Assembly: GCA_963663475.2 (NCBI GenBank)
Contig: CAXXJV010000001.1
Location: forward strand, 2,784,001-2,848,000
Origin: Candidatus Cloacimonadales bacterium
GTDB taxonomy: Bacteria > Cloacimonadota > Cloacimonadia > Cloacimonadales > JAFGVF01
Reading direction: 5' to 3'
DNA: 64,000 bases
Numbering within the stretch: position 1 is the stretch's first letter; each line of letters begins with the position of its first letter. Made by a program: the position numbers and the translations under genes. The notes under the pieces are model-generated. The model worked only from the letters and a program-made list of their open reading frames with translations, had not been told where the DNA came from and did not search any database. Positions 1 to 12,497 of this stretch are shown here, piece by piece.

Positions 1-2764
<2,764 letters not shown>

Positions 2765-2765
<1 letters not shown>

Positions 2766-3853
2766 TGAGAACTTTAGATAAATACTTAATAAAAGAATTT
2801 CTTAAGACTTTTGTTGTAATGTTCCTAGCTTCATCTGTTTTATTCATTGTTATAGATATTATCGACCAGTTATCTAAAATGTTAAAACATGGAGCAAGTC
2901 TTAATCAAGCGAGTCTCTATTATCTTCTTAGATTACCCTACTTATTAACCTTAACATCTCCCGTGATAATGCTTCTTACAGGATTATTCCTTATGAATAA
3001 TCTAGCCAAGTACAATGAATCAATCGCTGTTAGAGCTGCTGGAATTAGTATTAAAAGAATGCTATTCCCCTTGATAATTATAGGACTTATTGTTAGTATA
3101 ATTATTGGTTGGTTTGGTGATTATGTTTTACCTAAAGCAGAAGAAAGAAGGCAAATACTATATCAAGTTGAAATCAAAGGTGGAGACTTAAGAGATAAGA
3201 TGTTGAGGACTAAAATCTTCTTCCAGGAAGGTGATGATACCCACAATTATGTTGCTTTTTTCAATGGTCATTCTCAAGAGATGAAAGTAGTAGATAAGAC
3301 TATTATCTCGCCTGATTTTTCTTCCATAAGCTATAGAAGTGAAGCAGCGTCTGCAAGTTGGGATAAAGATGAGTGGACATATAATAATCTCTATCAAAGA
3401 GAATTTTCTAATGGTAAGCTAACTAATTATCAATATAGTCCTAGTTTTAAGGGTAAGGTAATGACAATTACTCCCCTAGAGTTTATCCGATCAGGAAAGC
3501 CTACAATGTCTATGAATTATCGTGAGTTAAGTGCTTATATAGATAGATTGAAGAAACTTAATGATAATTATTCTGAAGAATTAGTAGATCTTTACATGAA
3601 AATATCCTTTCCTTTTGCTAATTTGATAATTCTCTTCTTCTCTTTCCCAATTGTATCTAGCTCTACCCGAAGCAAGAATCGAGGCTATATTTTTATGTTA
3701 GGTTTATTGGTTTGTTTTACATTCTTAATTACTTTAGAAATAAGTCGAAGTTTAGGTTATAGTGAAGTAATTAGTCCTTTAACTGCTGCTTGGGCTCCTA
3801 ACGTAATATTTGGGTTGATAGGTCTTTATTTCTTACATAAGGCAGAGGTTTAG
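2765..3853 (+). CDS. lptG: LPS export ABC permease LptG (YjgP/YjgQ family)
   Basis: MRTLDKYLIKEF start, NESIAVRAAGIS and AAWAPN motifs; coupled to lptF by TAATG overlap. Confidence 0.88.
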
Positions 3854-5005
3854 ATGAGAATTATAGTAAAAAAGTTTGGTGGAACTTCGGTTGGGGATAT
3901 AAATAAAATCCGTAATATTGCCCTGAGAATAAATCAAGAAATGGAAACAGATTCTTCCTATGTAATAGTAGTCTCAGCTATGGGAGACACAACAGATCAG
4001 CTCACAGATATGGCTTATCAACTAAGTAAAAAGCCATGCAAAAGAGAATTAGACATGCTGCTTACAGCTGGAGAAAGAATATCAATGTCATTGCTATCCA
4101 TAGCATTACAGGAGTTTGGTATTGTTTCCATTTCCTTCACTGGTTCACAGTCTGGCATAATAACAGATTCACATCATGGTAATGCCAGAATAATAGATGT
4201 TACAGCTTTTAGAATAAGAGAAGAGCTGATTAAACATAAAGTAGTTATTGTTGCAGGTTTTCAAGGAGTAAGTAGAGAGAAAGAAGTTACTACCTTAGGA
4301 AGAGGTGGCTCAGATACATCTGCAGTTGCCTTAGCTGCTTATCTTAAAGCAGAAAAGTGTGAAATATACACTGATGTTGATGGTATATATAGCGGGGATC
4401 CAAGAGTAATCAAAGATTACCAGAAGCTTGCTGAGATTTCTTATGATAGCGTTCTTGAAATGGCCTATGGCGGAGCTAAGGTTATACATCCTAGAGCAGT
4501 AGAATTTGCCAAAAAATATAATATACCTTTAGAAGTTAAATCTTCATTCACTTTTAAAACTGGAACTTTTATAATTAAGGAAAAACTTACTATGGAAGAA
4601 AAGAAAATTACCTCTTTAGCCCAAAAAACAGACTTAATAAGGTTCATTGTAGAAGCAGATTCTATCCAACTTCTACATAGTTTAAACCAGGCTAACATAG
4701 ATATTTATGATTTTAATATTAATGGAAACAACACTATTATTGTGCAAAAAGAAGATTATGAAGATAGTCTTGAATCTCTTAAAGGATACAATATTTTAGA
4801 AGCATGCGAGGTGCAGTCAATATCAATAATCGGACATAGAATTATTAATGATATTGACTTCTTAATGCAACTAATTAGAGAAGTAAAAGAACTCGATACT
4901 GAGATTAAAGATATTAAGAAGAATGCTGTAGGTATCAATTTGATAGTTTCCAGCAAAGATATTGATAAACTACTAAACAAATTACATAAAAATTATATAA
5001 ATTAA
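3854..5005 (+). CDS. lysC: Aspartate kinase
   Basis: KFGGTSV, VVSAMGDTTD, TTLGRGGSDTSA and YTDVDG motifs. Confidence 0.95.
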   Translation: MRIIVKKFGGTSVGDINKIRNIALRINQEMETDSSYVIVVSAMGDTTDQLTDMAYQLSKKPCKRELDMLLTAGERISMSLLSIALQEFGIVSISFTGSQSGIITDSHHGNARIIDVTAFRIREELIKHKVVIVAGFQGVSREKEVTTLGRGGSDTSAVALAAYLKAEKCEIYTDVDGIYSGDPRVIKDYQKLAEISYDSVLEMAYGGAKVIHPRAVEFAKKYNIPLEVKSSFTFKTGTFIIKEKLTMEEKKITSLAQKTDLIRFIVEADSIQLLHSLNQANIDIYDFNINGNNTIIVQKEDYEDSLESLKGYNILEACEVQSISIIGHRIINDIDFLMQLIREVKELDTEIKDIKKNAVGINLIVSSKDIDKLLNKLHKNYIN

Positions 5006-5021
5006 TGGAGATAAATGATTA

Positions 5022-7052
5022 ATGAGTAAATATATAGTTACTAGTGCTTTGCCCTATGCTAATGGCAAACTTCATATTGGACATGTTGCAGGAGCATATC
5101 TACCTGCTGATATTTTCGTAAGATACTTAAGATTAAAAGAGGAAGATGTAATTTATATCTGCGGAACTGATGAGCATGGAGCTCCGATATCCATAAAAGC
5201 AGAAAAAGAAGGTGTATCACCTCAGGTTATTGTTGATAGATACCATAAGTCTATTAAAGAGAGTTTTGATGGACTTAACATTAACTTTGACAACTTTTCT
5301 GGAACCTCAAGAAAACCCCACTATGACTTATCTCAACAATTCTTTACAGAACTACTGGAAAATGGATATATTACCAGTAAAATAACTCAACAGTTTTATG
5401 ATGAAGCAGAATCTCGCTTTCTACCTGATAGGTATGTAGAAGGCACTTGTCCTCATTGTGGAGCAGCTGGAGCTCGAGGAGACCAATGTGATGCTTGTGG
5501 CAAGCTTATTGATTCAATAACCCTAATAAATCCTATCAGTAAAGTATCTGGTTCTACGCCAGTGATTAAAGATACAAAGCAGTGGTATTTAGAACTTCCA
5601 AAATTCACAGACCAGCTTAAAGAATGGTTAGATAGCAAAAGTTACTGGAAAGAAAATGTTCGTAACTTTATCTTAAGTTGGCTCAATGAAGGCCTTATTG
5701 AAAGAGCTATTACCCGTGATATTAACTGGGGGGTACCTGTTCCTTTAGAGGAAGCTGAAGGTAAAGTTCTCTATGTATGGTTTGATGCTCCTATTGGTTA
5801 CATTTCATCTACAATCGAATGGGCTCAAAAACAAGGTAAAGCAGACTTATGGAAGGATTACTGGCTAGATAAAGAAACTAAGTTGATTCATTTTATTGGA
5901 AAAGATAATATTCCTTTCCACACTATAATGTGGCCTTCTTTTGTTATGGGACAGAATGAAAATTATGTTCTCCCCCATGATGTTCCTGCTAACGAATATC
6001 TTAATTTAGAAGGTGAAAAAATTTCTACAAGTAGAAATTGGGCTATTTGGGTTGATGAATTCATCAAGTATTTTGATGGAGAATATCTTCGTTATGTTTT
6101 AGCTGTTAATGCTCCAGAAAAACAAGATAATGACTTTTTATGGAAAGATTTTCAAAATAAGATTAATACAGAGCTGAATAATGTACTTGGTAACCTGGCA
6201 AACAGGGTTTTCTCTTTCTCAAAGAAGCATTTCCAAGGACTAGTAGAAAAACCAGCTACATTATCTGATTCATCTCAAGCTGCACTAAAGCAAGCAAATG
6301 ATCTTACCCAGGATATTGATAATTGCTACCAAAGTTATCAAGTGAGAAAAGCAGTTAAAACTATTATGGATATTGCTAGATTAGGTAACAGGTATTTTGA
6401 TGAAAGAGAACCTTGGAAAGCTATAAAAGAAGACAAAACTTCAGTTCAAGAAACCATCTATACTTGTTGTGAAATCTTAAGAATAATCTCTGTAGTTATG
6501 ACTCCTATCCTACCAAATTTCATGTCACAACTTAGAGGAATAATGGGGTTAAGAAAACCAGCTAGCTGGTCTCAACTAGCTTCAGACCCTTACCCTATCC
6601 AGCTAGATAATATCAAAAGAATCTTTCAAAAGGTAGAAGATAATCAGATTGAAGAGCAGTTAAAACTTCTCCAAGAAAATGCCCAAGCTAATAAAGAAGC
6701 AGAAAAGGTAAACTTCAAAGAGCTTAAACCTGAAATTGAGTTTGATGATTTTATGAAACTTGATATCAGAATTGCCAAAATTCTTACAGCTGAGAAAGTG
6801 AAAAAGACTGATAAATTACTGCAGATTACTGCTGATATAGGTGGCAAAAAGATTGAACTAATTGCAGGTCTTGCTAAAGCTTATCAACCAGAAGATATTA
6901 TTAACAAAAAAGTTGTTATGCTTCTCAATTTAAAACCACGCAAAATTAAAGGTGTATTATCGCAAGGTATGATACTTGCTGCTGATGATGGTCAAAATCT
7001 ATCTGTTTTACTTGCTGATAAAGATGTTAAAACAGGTGCTGAAATAGGTTAA
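5022..7052 (+). CDS. metG: Methionyl-tRNA synthetase with C-terminal tRNA-binding domain
   Basis: HIGH (LHIGH), KISTS, Zn-knuckle CPHC/CDAC, YVWFDA, and a C-terminal OB/Trbp111 domain (SQGMIL). Confidence 0.97.
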   Translation: MSKYIVTSALPYANGKLHIGHVAGAYLPADIFVRYLRLKEEDVIYICGTDEHGAPISIKAEKEGVSPQVIVDRYHKSIKESFDGLNINFDNFSGTSRKPHYDLSQQFFTELLENGYITSKITQQFYDEAESRFLPDRYVEGTCPHCGAAGARGDQCDACGKLIDSITLINPISKVSGSTPVIKDTKQWYLELPKFTDQLKEWLDSKSYWKENVRNFILSWLNEGLIERAITRDINWGVPVPLEEAEGKVLYVWFDAPIGYISSTIEWAQKQGKADLWKDYWLDKETKLIHFIGKDNIPFHTIMWPSFVMGQNENYVLPHDVPANEYLNLEGEKISTSRNWAIWVDEFIKYFDGEYLRYVLAVNAPEKQDNDFLWKDFQNKINTELNNVLGNLANRVFSFSKKHFQGLVEKPATLSDSSQAALKQANDLTQDIDNCYQSYQVRKAVKTIMDIARLGNRYFDEREPWKAIKEDKTSVQETIYTCCEILRIISVVMTPILPNFMSQLRGIMGLRKPASWSQLASDPYPIQLDNIKRIFQKVEDNQIEEQLKLLQENAQANKEAEKVNFKELKPEIEFDDFMKLDIRIAKILTAEKVKKTDKLLQITADIGGKKIELIAGLAKAYQPEDIINKKVVMLLNLKPRKIKGVLSQGMILAADDGQNLSVLLADKDVKTGAEIG

Positions 7053-7062
7053 TGTCTAAAAA

Positions 7063-8232
7063 ATGAATATCCTAATGGTCTTAGAAACTGCATTCCCACC
7101 TGATTTACGGGTTGAGAATGAAATAGATGCATTGCTTGCAGCAGGACATCAAGTTACTATCATAGCTGGCTTTAGACAGAAGTTAGAAAAGTATGCTTCT
7201 TATGGCCAGGCTAGAATCATTAGGGTATTCATTCCAATTTTCATCTATAAAAGTTCAATCGGCTGTTTAAATTTTCCCTTCTACTTTAATTTTTGGCAAA
7301 AAATAATCAAAGAGGAGTTACTTACAGGTCACTATGATGCGGTTCATGTTCATGATCTCCCTCTTAGTCAAGTTGTGATAAATTTAAGAACACAGCTAAC
7401 AAAGACATTTTTTATTACCCTTGACCTACATGAGAATTATCCTGATATGCTCAAAATAGCTAAACATACTAATTCTTTTTTAGGAAAGTTATTCTTTAGT
7501 TATAAGCAGTGGTTAGCTTATGAATCAAAAATGGTTGAGCAAGTTGATAAAGTGATCACAGTTGTAGAAGAAATGAGAGAGAGAGTCATCTCACTTGGAG
7601 TAAGTCCTGAAAAAGTAACAGTAGTCTCCAACACCTTCAATTCTGCTAAATTTACTCAAGCTATTAGACAGAAAAGCCAAGATAGTTTTATCCTTTTTTA
7701 TGGTGGTGGGGTTACTATTGATAGAGGACTTCAATTTGTAATACCTGCATTGCCTAAACTTGCTGACAAGATACCAGAGTTAAAAGTCTGGATTGTTGGT
7801 GATGGTTCCTATCTAAATGATTTGAAAATATTGGCAGCTAAGCATAAGGTTGAAGATTTTCTTACTTTTTATGGAAGACAAAGCTTTACTAAACTCTTAG
7901 AACTCTTAGGAAAAGCAAACATAGCTCTTATTCCTCATATCAAATCACCTCAAACTGAATCTGGTTTACCACATAAACTCTTTCAATATATGGTAACGGG
8001 CATACCAATTGTAGCATCTAACTGCTCACCCTTTATAAGAGTCTTAGGAGATAACCAAGCTGGACTTATCTATAAATATGATGATATAAATGACTTTAGT
8101 AAATCAATCTTAAAATTGTATTCTGATCCTAACTTATCAGATGATTTAACTAAAAAAGCTAAACAAATCTTGCAAGAAAAGTACTTATGGGAATATGATG
8201 CTGAAAGATTAGTTAAGATTTATAAGAAATGA
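7063..8232 (+). CDS. Glycosyltransferase family 4
   Basis: FPPDLRV..E start, HVHD, PHKLFQYMVTGIPIVAS (GT-B, EX7E-like region). Confidence 0.88.
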   Translation: MNILMVLETAFPPDLRVENEIDALLAAGHQVTIIAGFRQKLEKYASYGQARIIRVFIPIFIYKSSIGCLNFPFYFNFWQKIIKEELLTGHYDAVHVHDLPLSQVVINLRTQLTKTFFITLDLHENYPDMLKIAKHTNSFLGKLFFSYKQWLAYESKMVEQVDKVITVVEEMRERVISLGVSPEKVTVVSNTFNSAKFTQAIRQKSQDSFILFYGGGVTIDRGLQFVIPALPKLADKIPELKVWIVGDGSYLNDLKILAAKHKVEDFLTFYGRQSFTKLLELLGKANIALIPHIKSPQTESGLPHKLFQYMVTGIPIVASNCSPFIRVLGDNQAGLIYKYDDINDFSKSILKLYSDPNLSDDLTKKAKQILQEKYLWEYDAERLVKIYKK

Positions 8233-8233
8233 C

Positions 8234-8266
8234 TTGACATAATTAGCCGAACAATTAAGCTATACT
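8234..8266 (+). promoter_or_regulatory. Putative sigma70 promoter of the R-M genes
   Basis: TTGACA at 8234-8239, TAAGCT 16 bp downstream (TATACT at 8261-8266), then AAGGA before ATG 8291. Confidence 0.5.
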
Positions 8267-8290
8267 TAAAATTCTAAGGAAATAATTAAA

Positions 8291-9490
8291 ATGAGTAATA
8301 TTTCAAAAAGGTTAAAATCAACTTATCTAAATGAATTATTTAATGAAGATCGATTAGCTTTATATTCACATATACAAGCTAACAAAGATAATAAAATCAT
8401 GAAGCACTATTTAGATAGTGCTAACTTAAGTGATTATTACCCACAAAATTACTTATTCGACAATGAAAATGATCAAGCATTACTAGATACTCTTAAGTAT
8501 GAATTTAACAATAATGTCCCATTTCCACCACCATTTCATTCAAAATTCACATTTATTGATTTATTTGCTGGAATAGGAGGATTTAGGATTGCAATGCAAA
8601 ATCTCGGTGGAAAAAGTGTTTTCAGCAGTGAATGGAATATATCATCAAAAAAAACATATTTTGCTAATTATGGAGAAATCCCTTTTGGTGACATCACAAA
8701 GAAACGAACAAAAAGTTTAATTCCTAAGACTTTTGATATTCTTTGTGGTGGTTTCCCCTGCCAAGCTTTTTCAATAGCTGGTAAAAGAAAAGGTTTTGAA
8801 GACTCTAGAGGAACATTATTTTTTGATGTTGAACAAATCATTGCAAAGCATCGCCCCAAAGCCTTTTTATTGGAAAATGTTAAAAATTTAATTTCCCATG
8901 ATAAAGGCAATACTTTTACGACAATCAAAAATATTATTTCTAATAAACTTGGTTACATTCTATTCTATAAAGTTTTAAATAGTATGGAGTATGCCAATAT
9001 TCCACAAAATAGAGAACGTATCTTTTTAGTAGGATTTGACCCAAAACAAGTTTCAAATTTTGAAGATTTTAGATTTCCTACCAAACTACCATTAACAAAG
9101 AAAATATCAGATATGATTTCCCCCGAAAGACAAGCTGATATTTATTATTATGATGAAGATCATAGGTATTATAAAGAGTTGGATAAAACCATGAATGATC
9201 CTGATACTATTTATCAATGGCGCCGAGTATATGTGAGAGCTAACAAAAGTAATGTTTGCCCAACTTTAACCGCAAACATGGGAACTGGCGGTCATAATGT
9301 TCCACTTATAAGAGATAATTTCGGGATTAGAAAGTTAACACCTAGAGAGTGTTTAAACTTTCAAGGATTCCCTGACAATTTTAATCTACCCAATATCGCT
9401 AATAGCAAATTATATCTTCAGGCAGGAAATTCTGTGACAATGCCATTAATCAAACGTATTGGAGAACAGATAATAAAGGTGATATTATGA
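8291..9490 (+). CDS. dcm: DNA (cytosine-5)-methyltransferase of a type II R-M system
   Basis: DLFAGIGG, GGFPCQ, ENV, QNRER and QAGNSV motifs. TRD YQWRRVYVR..K..VCPTLTANMGTGGHNVP resembles GCNGC/GCSGC/GCWGC-type enzymes. Confidence 0.95.
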   Translation: MSNISKRLKSTYLNELFNEDRLALYSHIQANKDNKIMKHYLDSANLSDYYPQNYLFDNENDQALLDTLKYEFNNNVPFPPPFHSKFTFIDLFAGIGGFRIAMQNLGGKSVFSSEWNISSKKTYFANYGEIPFGDITKKRTKSLIPKTFDILCGGFPCQAFSIAGKRKGFEDSRGTLFFDVEQIIAKHRPKAFLLENVKNLISHDKGNTFTTIKNIISNKLGYILFYKVLNSMEYANIPQNRERIFLVGFDPKQVSNFEDFRFPTKLPLTKKISDMISPERQADIYYYDEDHRYYKELDKTMNDPDTIYQWRRVYVRANKSNVCPTLTANMGTGGHNVPLIRDNFGIRKLTPRECLNFQGFPDNFNLPNIANSKLYLQAGNSVTMPLIKRIGEQIIKVIL

Positions 9491-10617
9491 TTTTTGAACC
9501 TACCTCAGATGATTACAATAAATATATTAGTTTTTTGGAGATTATGTCAAAACTTTCAAGACTTTTTAGTGAGAGTGATATTCCTTTCATAAATTATAGG
9601 TTTGCCGAGAATTTATTTTGCAGGTGTTTTAATGCTGAAAACTTATCCCGATCAGATACTGCCTTTGATGCTAAAATTAACACACTTGGAATTGGTATAA
9701 AGACCTTTACAATTCCCAATAAATCAAGTTATGAAAAAATAGCAGAATTCAACAAACTATCAAGTCATCTAAAACTTCTCAAACCTCATGAATTAGCTCA
9801 TTCCTTATCAGTATTCAGAAATGAAAGAATATCTTTGGCAAAAAGAATATATGGGATTTCTGAATCAATTTATCACATAGTTGCAAGACAAAAATCTAAA
9901 ATCATTCTTTTTGAAACAGATTACTCACAAATAGATTTGAATAATGTTAGTGATATTAATTCAACCGATAAATCTTTATTTTTTCATGATAATATAAATT
10001 GTTACAAGTACTCTTATTCAAAAAGCACTTTATATAGAAAGTTCATTTTACCAGATAATACAATATCTATTGATATAAACATTCTTAAAGATCCATTTGA
10101 ACTTTTATCTGAACTGAGTAATATTATTAAACAGAGAGATTTAATACCAGCAACTGAAGCATCAAGTTTCGTTATATTACCCTTATATGGCAGAGGCAGA
10201 AAGGTATATGAAAAAAGTGGATTGAACCAATGGAATGCTAAAGGAAGGATTAGAAATATTGGTGAGTTATATATTCCTATACCAAGTATAATACATAAAT
10301 ACTTTCCAGATTTCTTTCCAAGCAAAAATGAAACATTCGATCTTAAAATACCTACTGGAGAAATTTTTAGTGCAAAAATATGCCAAGATAATGGAAAAGC
10401 ATTGATGACAAATCCCAATAAGCAACTCTCAGATTGGTTATTAAGAAATATTTTACAATTACGCGAAAAAGAATTAGCAACAATTGAAAAACTTGATCTT
10501 TTAGGTTTCGATAGCGTAATTATAAACAAAATTGATCATAATAAATTTACAATTGACATTATGAAAACTGGTAGTTATGAAAAATTCATTGCTTCTCAGG
10601 TTGATAAATCCCTTTAA
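9487..10617 (+). CDS. Type II restriction endonuclease, NgoFVII-like family
   Basis: ATGA overlap with the MTase. Has a PD-(D/E)xK-like FDAK...GIGIKTF and a C-terminal SGLNQWNAKGR..GELYIPIP domain. Confidence 0.8.
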   Translation: MIFEPTSDDYNKYISFLEIMSKLSRLFSESDIPFINYRFAENLFCRCFNAENLSRSDTAFDAKINTLGIGIKTFTIPNKSSYEKIAEFNKLSSHLKLLKPHELAHSLSVFRNERISLAKRIYGISESIYHIVARQKSKIILFETDYSQIDLNNVSDINSTDKSLFFHDNINCYKYSYSKSTLYRKFILPDNTISIDINILKDPFELLSELSNIIKQRDLIPATEASSFVILPLYGRGRKVYEKSGLNQWNAKGRIRNIGELYIPIPSIIHKYFPDFFPSKNETFDLKIPTGEIFSAKICQDNGKALMTNPNKQLSDWLLRNILQLREKELATIEKLDLLGFDSVIINKIDHNKFTIDIMKTGSYEKFIASQVDKSL

Positions 10618-11509
10618 AATATACTAAAACAGCATATAAAGCGTGACCAAATCTTTTCCGTCTAATATTCTCCCAAACAACTTTAAGTAACTTACCAGTA
10701 GAAAACTTCCATGTTAATCTGCAATCAATACAGGCGGGATTAGAGCAGAAAAAGAATTTTGGATTCTGCTTACCGGCAGCTACTTCCCAATCGAAAGTTT
10801 TCTTCATATCAGTCACTATAATTTCCCCATTACCTACTTTGCCCTGATAAAGAATACAAGCTTGCTTTTCATATTGAGGAATTAGTCTGTTAAAACCTTC
10901 TTCACAACCTCCAGCCCAATTAATTAGGAAAAGCTTAACTTGATTATCTTGTAAATAATGCACTCCATACTTGAGTCTTTTCTGTTGCAACCCCAGCTCC
11001 CCAATAGCAAGATGACAGGTACCCAGTCCCTTAGTTTTACCAGGAAAGCCTATTCGAACCTTTTTACCACCCATTTCAGTCATTCTTCTCAGAACATCAT
11101 AAGCGTAGTCATCTGGACTATGGTTATTGGCTAATTTATCGGCATATTTACCTAGAATAGCGAATTTTTGAATAGGGTGATTACTTCTTCTTACTTGTGG
11201 ATAAGCTAGCATTGCATTAGCTATAGCTCCAGCATAGGAAGGTGTTTGGGCATGTGTTAAATAGATATTTTTCTTGAGGTAGCGGTATGGTTTCACACTT
11301 ACAAATGAATCAGTGATAAGCGTACCTTCATCTCCTACTACATGGAGAAAGGCATCAATAACAGTTCTAGCTCCCCCCTGTACCCAACCAATGGATTTGA
11401 GGGATATTTTTAAATTTAAAATATCACCTTTCTGGATACCTGCTTTTTTTATATCAGCAATCAACATTTCTTTGCTTATCTCAGTCTGCTTATCCATAAT
11501 CCTAGCCAT
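10586..11509 (-). CDS. AAC(3)/YokD-family N-acyltransferase
   Basis: GIQKGDIL..SLKSIGWVQGGA..VIDAF..VVG.EGTL and RSNHP motifs. Probably not a resistance gene given its context. Confidence 0.8.
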   Translation of the reverse strand: MARIMDKQTEISKEMLIADIKKAGIQKGDILNLKISLKSIGWVQGGARTVIDAFLHVVGDEGTLITDSFVSVKPYRYLKKNIYLTHAQTPSYAGAIANAMLAYPQVRRSNHPIQKFAILGKYADKLANNHSPDDYAYDVLRRMTEMGGKKVRIGFPGKTKGLGTCHLAIGELGLQQKRLKYGVHYLQDNQVKLFLINWAGGCEEGFNRLIPQYEKQACILYQGKVGNGEIIVTDMKKTFDWEVAAGKQNPKFFFCSNPACIDCRLTWKFSTGKLLKVVWENIRRKRFGHALYAVLVYFKGIYQPEKQ

Positions 11510-11546
11510 TATATTTTAAATAAATTCTAGTTTTCACTTTTAAAAC

Positions 11547-12008
11547 TTAAATATTTCTTTTAGGAACTAGAACATTTCTACGGAAAGTAAGAACTAGATC
11601 ATTGTTTTGATTATAGGCTTTAGTTTCAACATAGACAATCCCTCTATCTCTTTTAGATTTAGATTCTCTAACAGATAATACTTCTGTCTCGGCATAAAGG
11701 GTATCTCCTACAAAAACAGGACCATTATGCATAATATTCTCATAATTAAGATTAGCAATAGCCTTACCTGAAATATCAGGAACAGTCATGCCCACAACCA
11801 GAGAAAAGACTAGGGTTCCGACAACTAGGATTTTACCATGTTGCTGGCCATTAGCATAATCTTGATTAAGATGAACTGGATGGTGGTTCATAGTAAGCAG
11901 AGAAAATAAGTTATTATCTGATTCGAAGATTGTCTTGGATAGGGCATGTTTAATTTTACAAGCAACTTCAAAATCTTCAAAGTAATTACCAAAAGTTGAT
12001 TCAATCAT
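11547..12008 (-). CDS. MaoC-family (hot-dog fold) acyl-CoA dehydratase
   Basis: YFEDFEV, D...F..LTMN.HP.H and PVFVGDTLYAETEV motifs. Confidence 0.88.
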   Translation of the reverse strand: MIESTFGNYFEDFEVACKIKHALSKTIFESDNNLFSLLTMNHHPVHLNQDYANGQQHGKILVVGTLVFSLVVGMTVPDISGKAIANLNYENIMHNGPVFVGDTLYAETEVLSVRESKSKRDRGIVYVETKAYNQNNDLVLTFRRNVLVPKRNI

Positions 12009-12184
12009 ATTTACCTCATTTTTCTTTTTTTTACAAGTTATAATAAAGCTAAAAATTATTCAAGTAAAAATTTGATTATTTAGCTATTCATCCTAAAGCC
12101 AGAATATTGAGTCTTTGCAAAACATTAATATTTTGGTTCAGGTTGGAAGGAAATCCTGTGCAGCTACCTGTAGCATGATTTATT

Positions 12185-12241
12185 CTTCCTTTACAGTCTT
12201 TCGATGAAAGTCCGTGTTTCATCGAAAGACTGTAAAGGAAG
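12185..12241. repeat. Perfect 25-bp-stem hairpin (REP-like) flanked by a 9-bp direct repeat
   Basis: CTTCCTTTACAGTCTTTCGATGAAA-gtccgtg-TTTCATCGAAAGACTGTAAAGGAAG. AGCATGATT lies at 12172-12180 and 12247-12255. Confidence 0.85.
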
Positions 12242-12358
12242 GATCAAGCATGATTAGGGGATGGATAAGAAAAAAATTAGGAGGATGTTAGCTTGAGAGA
12301 TTATCTGGAATAAATTTTGGAGACCAGACTTCCTCAGCCGTAGGCAAGGGACTTCGGG

Positions 12359-12408
12359 TGAAGAGTGTCGGAAGTAGCTACTCCGTGAGCAACTCCCGTC
12401 ACTCTTCA
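12359..12408. repeat. Imperfect GC-rich hairpin (REP-like)
   Basis: TGAAGAGTG..CGG..AGT..GCT pairs with AGC..ACT..CCG..CACTCTTCA; the loop contains TCCGTG. Confidence 0.6.
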
Positions 12409-12446
12409 TATAGAGCCTAAATTTTTATATTACTCCTAATAATATA

Positions 12447-12474
12447 AAAGGGAGCTTACTAGTAAGCTCCCTTT
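12447..12474 (-). terminator. Intrinsic terminator of the 4-gene membrane operon
   Basis: Perfect palindrome AAAGGGAGCTTACT/AGTAAGCTCCCTTT, 23 bp past the stop of 12498-13094. Confidence 0.8.
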
Positions 12475-12497
12475 ATCTATAGTAAATCTATATTATT

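Noticed and set aside
10586-11509. Aminoglycoside resistance gene (also considered for the Eis-like GNAT at 52698-53942)
   Set aside because: Only family-level similarity, no mobile context, and both families contain many non-resistance members.
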